The notes under the pieces were generated by a model, which was not told the DNA's origin, did not search any database, and was given only the letters and a program-made list of their open reading frames with translations. Positions 24,940-30,714 of a DNA stretch of 30,714 bases are shown here, piece by piece. Positions within the stretch are counted from its first letter, which is position 1. Every line of letters begins with the position of its first letter. The position numbers and the translations under genes were made by a program. Source of the stretch: Planctomycetota bacterium (GTDB lineage Bacteria; Planctomycetota; MHYJ01; WSZJ01); contig JBBTCT010000039.1 of the NCBI GenBank assembly GCA_038060895.1, forward strand, positions 1 through 30,714, in the 5' to 3' direction.

Positions 24940-25008
24940 TTCGCCGCAGCGCCGCAGGCGCGAAGGCGAATCAATGACCCGCCGAAGCCCCGAAGGGGCG
25001 AAGGAGGG
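24933..25008. repeat. Two tandem REP-like hairpins with GNA triloops and GNA/GAA internal loops
   Basis: TCATTGATTCGCC-GCA-GCGCC-GCA-GGCGC-GAA-GGCGAATCAATGA (24933-24977), then CCCGCC-GAA-GCCCC-GAA-GGGGC-GAA-GGAGGG (24978-25008). Confidence 0.7.
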
Positions 25009-25056
25009 CCACCTGTAATCAACCGTACGTAACCCAGGAGCAAGGAGTACCGGATC

Positions 25057-26460
25057 ATGGACCCCCGCAACTGCGACTGTGACGACCAGAAACCCGAGAT
25101 CGTCACAGGCCCGATTCACCGCCGCGACTTCTTCAAGCTCGGCGTCGGAGGCGCGCTCTCTCTGGCGCTCGCCAGCCGCATGACCTCGAGCCTCTTCGCC
25201 GACGACAAGAAGCCGGTGAAGGGGAATGAGAAGTACGACAAGCCGCCGACGCAGGTTTCGCCGAAGGCCAAGAGCGTGATCCTGCTGTGGATGGACGGCG
25301 GGCCGAGCCAGATGGACACATGGGACCCGAAGGCGGGAGTGAACGGCGGGTCGCTGAAGCGGATCAAGACGAAGATCGACGGGTGCGAGTTCACGGAGCC
25401 GATGGCGCCGCTTGCGGAGGTCAGCGACAAGCTGGCGATCATCCGGTCGATGACGTCGCGCGAGGGGAACCACCAGCGGGCGCGGTACTACCTGCACACG
25501 GGGTACCCTCCCACGGGGACGCTGAAGCACCCGAGCATGGGCGCCGTCGCGGCGCTGAAGAAGCAGAATGCGGAGCTCGACCTCCCGCATTTCGTGTCGG
25601 TCAACAACCCGTCCTTCGGTGCGGGCTTCCTCGGAGTCTCATACGGGCCGTTCGTGGTGCAGGATCCGTCACGGCCGCCGGACAATGTCGCGTACGCCGC
25701 GGGGATCGACGCGGAGCGTTTCGACCGGCGCATGAAGCTGCTCGAAAAGGTCGACGGGGCCTTCGCGGCGTCGCGCGGCGGCGTCATGACCGAGGGCAAG
25801 GACGCGATCTACGAAAAGAGCGTCAAGATGATGAGGTCGCCGCTACTCAAGGCGTTCGACATCAGCGAGGAAGGCGAGAGCGTGAGGAAGGCGTACGGGA
25901 TCGACGACGGCCAGGGCATCGGCAGCAAGAACGGCGGCGCGGCGAAGCAGGGGCAGCGCGGCGACAAGTTCGGCGCGGGCGCGCTGATGGCGCGGCGGCT
26001 CGTTGAGGTGGGCGTGCCGTTCGTCGAGTGCACGCTGGGCGGATGGGACACGCACCAGGACAACTTCAACCGCGTCGCGGGCCTCGCGGGCTCGCTCGCT
26101 CCGGCGTACGCGGCGCTCATCAAGGACCTTGAGGACCGGCACCTTCTCGACTCGACCCTCGTCCTCTGCATGGGCGAGTTCGGCCGCACGCCCCGCATCA
26201 ACGGCAACGACGGGCGCGACCATTTCCCCGGTTGCTTCTCCGTGGCAATGGCGGGCGGCGGCGTGAAGGGCGGCCAGGTGATCGGCGCGACGGCAGACGA
26301 CGGGATGACGGTTGCGAACAATCCGTGGACCGTGCCGGACCTCATCGCGACGGTCTGCACGGCGATGGGGATCGACCACACGGAGTGGTTCCAGACGCCG
26401 GTCGGGCGGCCGATCCAGATTTCGAATAAAGGCAAGCTCATCGAAGGGTTGCTGGCGTAG
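25057..26460 (+). CDS. DUF1501 domain protein with Tat signal
   Basis: HRRDFFKLG; AKSVILLWMDGGPSQMDTWDPK, ARRLVEVGVPFVE, GWDTH, GEFGRTPRIN, GRDHF. Confidence 0.95.
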   Translation: MDPRNCDCDDQKPEIVTGPIHRRDFFKLGVGGALSLALASRMTSSLFADDKKPVKGNEKYDKPPTQVSPKAKSVILLWMDGGPSQMDTWDPKAGVNGGSLKRIKTKIDGCEFTEPMAPLAEVSDKLAIIRSMTSREGNHQRARYYLHTGYPPTGTLKHPSMGAVAALKKQNAELDLPHFVSVNNPSFGAGFLGVSYGPFVVQDPSRPPDNVAYAAGIDAERFDRRMKLLEKVDGAFAASRGGVMTEGKDAIYEKSVKMMRSPLLKAFDISEEGESVRKAYGIDDGQGIGSKNGGAAKQGQRGDKFGAGALMARRLVEVGVPFVECTLGGWDTHQDNFNRVAGLAGSLAPAYAALIKDLEDRHLLDSTLVLCMGEFGRTPRINGNDGRDHFPGCFSVAMAGGGVKGGQVIGATADDGMTVANNPWTVPDLIATVCTAMGIDHTEWFQTPVGRPIQISNKGKLIEGLLA

Positions 26461-26502
26461 CCAGTTGGTAGTTGGTAGCAGGTAGGAAATGCGAAACGAC
26501 AC

Positions 26503-26529
26503 CAGCCGCGGGAAACCGCGGCTGTTTTT
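26503..26529 (+). terminator. Intrinsic terminator
   Basis: CAGCCGCGG-GAAA-CCGCGGCTG followed by TTTTT. Confidence 0.9.
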
Positions 26530-26613
26530 GTCGCTCAGCCCGGGAAGCTCAGATCTGCAGCTCTATGACGCGGGTAGGATCAGGCGACTACTTGATTAGC
26601 CGGAGGAAAGCTA

Positions 26614-26883
26614 ATGGGCTCACCCTTCTAGAAGGAGATCCCTGCGCTATCTGTACGAAGCCGCCTTCCATCGACCAGGTCATTCTCAGTTTCCTTGCAT
26701 CAGACTCGATCCACCATTCTCACACTGCCCGTTTACGTGGCGCCCCTATCGGACATTCTGCGCTCCCAGGGACTTGCAGGAAGACCGAAGGACCGGCTTT
26801 TCCTCGCGACATGCAAGGACGCGCTGGACCAGCTCCTGGGGCAGGACGTCTCAAAGAAGAAGCGCGCACGGAAGAAGAAGTAG
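26614..26883 (+). pseudogene. Probable remnant of a nucleotidyltransferase-family gene (C-terminal part only)
   Basis: LPVYVAPLSDILRSQGLAGRPKDRLFL resembles the xASLxDIIRSKxAAGRPKD C-terminal motif; the in-frame ATG at 26614 (after GGAGG) is followed by TAG at codon 6; locally lower GC. Confidence 0.5.
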
Positions 26884-26903
26884 GACGCGCCTATAATCCC
26901 TTC

Positions 26904-28847
26904 GTGCGCCGCACCCACCTCGCAATCTTTGGAAGCGTCCTCGCCGCTGCGGCCGGGCTTGCGTTTCTTGCGGCGCGGTCGCTCGGCGCGCAGCGGGTGA
27001 TGATCGAGCAGGCCTCGGCGGAAAACGCGCGACGCGCGGCGGTCGTGGCGGCCGGCGAATGGCGCGTTCGGCTCGATGAGGTCACTGTTCCCTTTCTAAA
27101 CACCATTCCGAAGTCGGGTTCCTCCTTGCAGCTTGCCATCGAGCTATCGGCCCTCGAGGAACGCCCCGAAGCCGCAGCGGCGTTTGCGCTCGACCGGAAC
27201 GGCCGGATGACATGGCCGCCACCGCCGGCCGCGGCGCGCGCGTTCATCGAAGTGCTTCCCGGCGACCAGGCGGCGAGGGATGCGCTGGCACGCGGGTTTC
27301 GCGCGGAGTTCACTTCAAAGGACGGGCACCAGGCGCTCCGCGAATACGCCGAGGCCGGCGCGGCCGGGTTCGGGCAGACGGTGCGCGTGGAGGCGAAGCT
27401 GCAGGAAGCGGCGCTGGCTGCGAAGGTGGAGCTGCCGGCGCGCGCCATCTCGGCGTACACCGAGGCGCTCGCGATGGGGCGCTTCACGGAACCTGAGCGC
27501 GTCGTCTCCTCGTGGCTCGAGCGGGCGCGGCTGCGCCTTGCGGCCGATCCCGACGGAGCGGAGACCGACGTGCTTCAACTCGCCGAATCCGTCTTCGGCG
27601 ACGATTCGGGCCGCTACGGCACGGCGCTCCCCGCCGCGAGAACGAAAGTCGCCGCGGCGCTGGCGAGCTGGCCCTTCACGGCTCCGGGGCGGCAACGGTG
27701 GGGAACGCTGGAGGTTCGCGCTGCGCGGGAGAAGGCGGCGGCGGAAACGCGGGAACGTGCGGCCGGGCTCGTGGCTGCACTCGTGCGCCAGAGGAATCCG
27801 CCGGCGTACGCGGCCCTCGACGGCGGGTTCCTGGCGGCGTGGCAGATGCGGCCCGGCGGGGCGTGCGCGGGTGTGGTACTGCGCGCGGCGAAGCTCTCCT
27901 TGCCCAACCACTCCGGCGCGCTTATGGCCTCGGACGGCGCCTGGACCCTGGGCGTGGAGCCCGGAGGAGCGTCCGCAGCCATTCCCGGCGCCGAAGGACT
28001 CGCCGTCGCGCTTCCCCCGTCGAACGAGGGCTCGGCTTCCGTCCAGCGGCAGCGCCTCCTTTACATCGCCGGTCTGGCCGTACTCATGGCCGCGCTGGCG
28101 GCGGGATTGTGGATGTCGTTCCGGGCCGTGCGCCGCGAAGCCGCGCTGGCGCGATTGAAGAGCGATTTCGTCTCGCAGGTGTCGCACGAATTGAAGACGC
28201 CCCTGGCCCTGGTGAGAATGTACGCGGAGACGCTGGACGCCGGGAAGATCACCGACGACGCGCAGAAGAAGGAGTACATGCAGGTGATCCTGCGCGAGTC
28301 CGAGCGGCTGTCGGCCATGATCGAGAAGATCCTGGATTTCGCGAAGCTGGAGCGCGGGGAAAAGACGTTCGACCGGCGTTCAGGCGACCTTGTTGCGGCG
28401 GCGCAGGAAGCGGCGGGAGCGTTCGCGAAGCAGGCTGGGGTCGCCGTAAAGGTAGAAGCGGGGCGGCCGGTCCGGGCCGAGTTCGACAAGGACGGGCTCG
28501 GGCTGGCGCTTCGCAACCTGCTTGAGAACGCCGTGAAGTACAGCGAAGGGGCGCCGGACATCACGGTGAAGGTCGCGGAGCGGAACGGGACCGCGCTGGT
28601 GATGGTGGAGGACCGCGGGATCGGAGTCCCGGCGGACGACCGCGAGCGGGTGTTCGAGAGGTTTTACCGGGCCGCGGATTCCCGCGCGACCAAGGTCAAA
28701 GGGACAGGCCTCGGCCTCGCTCTCGTCGCCCGCGTCATGGAAGGCCACGGCGGCGCCGCGCGCTGCGAACCCCGACAGGGCGGCGGCAGCCGCTTCGTCC
28801 TCGAATTCCCCCGGAGAACCGATGCCACAAACCATCCTGGTCGTTGA
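26904..28847 (+). CDS. Membrane sensor histidine kinase (HisKA + HATPase) with a TPR-like extracytoplasmic domain
   Basis: GTG start at 26904; two TMs; VSHELKTPL, NLLENAVKYS, DRGIG, FERFYR, GTGLGLALV. Confidence 0.93.
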   Translation: MRRTHLAIFGSVLAAAAGLAFLAARSLGAQRVMIEQASAENARRAAVVAAGEWRVRLDEVTVPFLNTIPKSGSSLQLAIELSALEERPEAAAAFALDRNGRMTWPPPPAAARAFIEVLPGDQAARDALARGFRAEFTSKDGHQALREYAEAGAAGFGQTVRVEAKLQEAALAAKVELPARAISAYTEALAMGRFTEPERVVSSWLERARLRLAADPDGAETDVLQLAESVFGDDSGRYGTALPAARTKVAAALASWPFTAPGRQRWGTLEVRAAREKAAAETRERAAGLVAALVRQRNPPAYAALDGGFLAAWQMRPGGACAGVVLRAAKLSLPNHSGALMASDGAWTLGVEPGGASAAIPGAEGLAVALPPSNEGSASVQRQRLLYIAGLAVLMAALAAGLWMSFRAVRREAALARLKSDFVSQVSHELKTPLALVRMYAETLDAGKITDDAQKKEYMQVILRESERLSAMIEKILDFAKLERGEKTFDRRSGDLVAAAQEAAGAFAKQAGVAVKVEAGRPVRAEFDKDGLGLALRNLLENAVKYSEGAPDITVKVAERNGTALVMVEDRGIGVPADDRERVFERFYRAADSRATKVKGTGLGLALVARVMEGHGGAARCEPRQGGGSRFVLEFPRRTDATNHPGR

Positions 28848-29511
28848 GGACGAGCCGGACATCCTGCGCGGGCTCCGCGACAATCTCTCGTACGAGGGGT
28901 GGCGGGTGCTGACGGCGGCGGACGGGGAGAAGGGGCTCGCGCTGGCGCTGAAGGAAAAGCCGGACCTGGTGATTCTCGACTGGATGTTGCCGGGGATGGA
29001 CGGGCTGGCGGTGTGCCGGGAGCTGCGGGCGCGGGGGGCGATGGTGCCGGTCGTGTTTCTGACGGCGCGCGGACAGGAAGTCGATCGCGTGCTGGGGCTG
29101 GAGATGGGCGCGGACGATTACGTGACGAAGCCGTTCAGCGTGCGGGAGCTGATGGCGCGGGTGAAGGCGATTCTGCGAAGAGCGGCCGGGATGGCCGCGA
29201 GGCCGGCGAAGTTCGCGCTTGGAGATCTGGAGGTGGACGCGGATGCGTTCACGGCGAAGCGGGGGAAAAAGGCGATCGAGCTCGGGCGGTACGAGGCGGA
29301 GATTCTGAGGTTGCTGTGGCAGCGGAAGGGGCAGGTGGTGGCGAGGAACGACATCCTGAATGAAGTCTGGGGGGTGGACGCGTACCCGACGGACCGGACG
29401 GTGGATAACTACATTGTGAAGTTGAGGCAGAAGATCGAGAAGGACCCGAAGAATCCGAAGTTGCTTATAACCGTGCACGGGGCGGGGTACAAAGTGGTGG
29501 AGCCGGGGTAG
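28822..29511 (+). CDS. OmpR/PhoB-family response regulator
   Basis: ILVVEDE, LDWMLPGMDG, GADDYVTKPF, RTVDNYIVKLRQKIE, TVHGAGYK. Confidence 0.97.
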   Translation: MPQTILVVEDEPDILRGLRDNLSYEGWRVLTAADGEKGLALALKEKPDLVILDWMLPGMDGLAVCRELRARGAMVPVVFLTARGQEVDRVLGLEMGADDYVTKPFSVRELMARVKAILRRAAGMAARPAKFALGDLEVDADAFTAKRGKKAIELGRYEAEILRLLWQRKGQVVARNDILNEVWGVDAYPTDRTVDNYIVKLRQKIEKDPKNPKLLITVHGAGYKVVEPG

Positions 29512-29522
29512 GAAGACGAAGA

Positions 29523-29576
29523 CAACTCCAAATCCCAAAACTACTCGAACGAGGGTCGTTTTGGAATTTGGAGTTG
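29523..29576. repeat. 19-bp inverted repeat (terminator-like) continuing into TTGG(A/G)G hexamer repeats
   Basis: CAACTCCAAATCCCAAAAC (29523-29541) / GTTTTGGAATTTGGAGTTG (29558-29576), one mismatch. Confidence 0.7.
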
Positions 29577-29622
29577 GGGTTGGAGTTGGGATTTGCCTTT
29601 GTCCGTCCGCAATCATCTGCGA

Positions 29623-29658
29623 TGACAACTCTCTACATCTCCTGACCTCCCCGTGACA
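29623..29658 (+). promoter_or_regulatory. Candidate OmpR/PhoB-type operator (four phased direct repeats)
   Basis: TGACA 29623, CTACA 29633, TGACC 29643, TGACA 29654; spacing 10/10/11 bp. Confidence 0.5.
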
Positions 29659-29732
29659 CCCCCTTCCCCGGCATGTCGTATGTTTCTGCGCGTCGGGGGG
29701 AACACCCACACGCACTCAACCAAGGAGGTCCG

Positions 29733-30671
29733 ATGAAACCGCTCGCACTCGCCGCAGCTCTTCTCGCCGCTCTTTTCTCCCTCCCCGCCCGCGCCGAGGA
29801 CGGCGCCGCGGAGGATTACCAGAAGGCGCTCGACAAGGAGAACACCGACCGCGACCTGAACGGCGCGATGGAGATCTACAAGTCCATTCTGAAAAAGCAC
29901 AAGGACGAGGAGGAGATCGCGGCGAAGGCTCAGTTCCGCCTTGCCGAGTGCTGGGAGAAGCTGGCCGTGCCGCGGGAAGCGAAGGAAGCGTACGAAGCCG
30001 TCGTCCGCGACTACCCCGGGCAGGTCGCGCTGGTGGACAAGGCGAAAGAAAAGCTCGCGGCGATGGCGGGAACGCCGGTCCAGAAGAACCCGGAGGACAT
30101 CGTCGCGCGGAAGCTCGAGACCACGAAGATCGACCTCGATTTCACGGACTCGACGCTGTACGACATCCTCGACTTCCTTCAGGAATTCGCGCGGGTGAAC
30201 ATCCTCGTCGATCCCGCCGCCGCGGAACTCGCGGAAAAGAAGTTCACGTTCGCGGTCAAGGACCTCGCGCTGAACAAGGTGCTCGCGCTCCTCGCCGATT
30301 CCACTCACCTCTCCTTCGTCAACCGGAAGGGCATTCTGCTCTGGAGCACGCCGGAGAGGATCGCCGCCCTTCAGCAGAATCCGGCCATCCAGGCCGGTGA
30401 AGACGCAGCGGAAGACGACAAGAAGGTCTCCCGGTCCCTCGAATCGATCAAGATCAGCCTGAATTTCACACAGACACCCGTGGACGAGACGATGTCGTTC
30501 ATCCGCGAAGTCACCCAGCTCAATGTCATCGTCGACGACAGCTGCAAACAGAAGACGGTCACGCTGAAACTGGACGAAACGACCCTCCGGGATGCTCTCG
30601 AGTTGATCGCGTTCGGATCGGGTCTCGACATCAAGATTTCGAACGGGGCCCTGGTGGTGAAGGCGAAGTAG
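29733..30671 (+). CDS. Exported protein with a TPR-like N-terminus and two STN/secretin-N-like domains
   Basis: AAGGAGG RBS; signal peptide; AKAQFRLAECWEKL...YEAVVRDYP; two repeats (KIDLDFTDSTLYDILDFL...VNILVD and KISLNFTQTPVDETMSFI...LNVIVD). Confidence 0.85.
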   Translation: MKPLALAAALLAALFSLPARAEDGAAEDYQKALDKENTDRDLNGAMEIYKSILKKHKDEEEIAAKAQFRLAECWEKLAVPREAKEAYEAVVRDYPGQVALVDKAKEKLAAMAGTPVQKNPEDIVARKLETTKIDLDFTDSTLYDILDFLQEFARVNILVDPAAAELAEKKFTFAVKDLALNKVLALLADSTHLSFVNRKGILLWSTPERIAALQQNPAIQAGEDAAEDDKKVSRSLESIKISLNFTQTPVDETMSFIREVTQLNVIVDDSCKQKTVTLKLDETTLRDALELIAFGSGLDIKISNGALVVKAK

Positions 30672-30714
30672 CGGAGTCGATCCGGCACGACAGACGCGGG
30701 CGGGGGGCGGGGGG

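Noticed and set aside
26629-26631. Pyrrolysine readthrough of the in-frame TAG
   Set aside because: The surrounding sequence looks degenerate, the product would lack the catalytic domain, and nothing indicates pyl genes
26472-26903. Long N-terminal extensions given by the ORF track (kinase from 26472; also NYN from 6719, FMN reductase from 9525, sigma from 11644)
   Set aside because: The extensions cross terminators, promoters or other genes; downstream starts fit domain boundaries and RBS or -10 signals

Overview
GC-rich bacterial window with Planctomycetota-type gene content (DUF1549/DUF1553 + DUF1501 pair, DUF1800, zinc-finger/Yip1-like, HEAT and STN-domain proteins). About 25 CDSs are present; no rRNA, tRNA, CRISPR array or transposase was recognised. 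The most notable item is hidden by the ORF track: two short ORFs (13101..13286 and 13314..13541) are one reading frame joined across an in-frame TGA that falls on the first Cys of a thioredoxin WCxxC motif (W-U-G-G-C), followed by a SECIS-like hairpin. This indicates a selenocysteine-containing thioredoxin lipoprotein. It ends a three-gene unit with an ECF sigma factor and a membrane anti-sigma factor whose extracytoplasmic domain has 8 Cys. The unit carries a SigR-type GGAAT-N18-GTT promoter and is divergent from a Tat-exported Mn-type SOD, suggesting a selenoprotein-coupled envelope redox-sensing system. Other observations: a cupredoxin pair + HAMP adenylate cyclase operon, a ~23 x 23-aa repeat protein, a ~150-bp MITE-like element that supplies a stop codon, candidate structured RNAs, GNA-triloop REP-like hairpins, several probable leaderless promoters, and OmpR-type direct repeats. 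All family assignments are from motif recognition by eye; no database searches were run.
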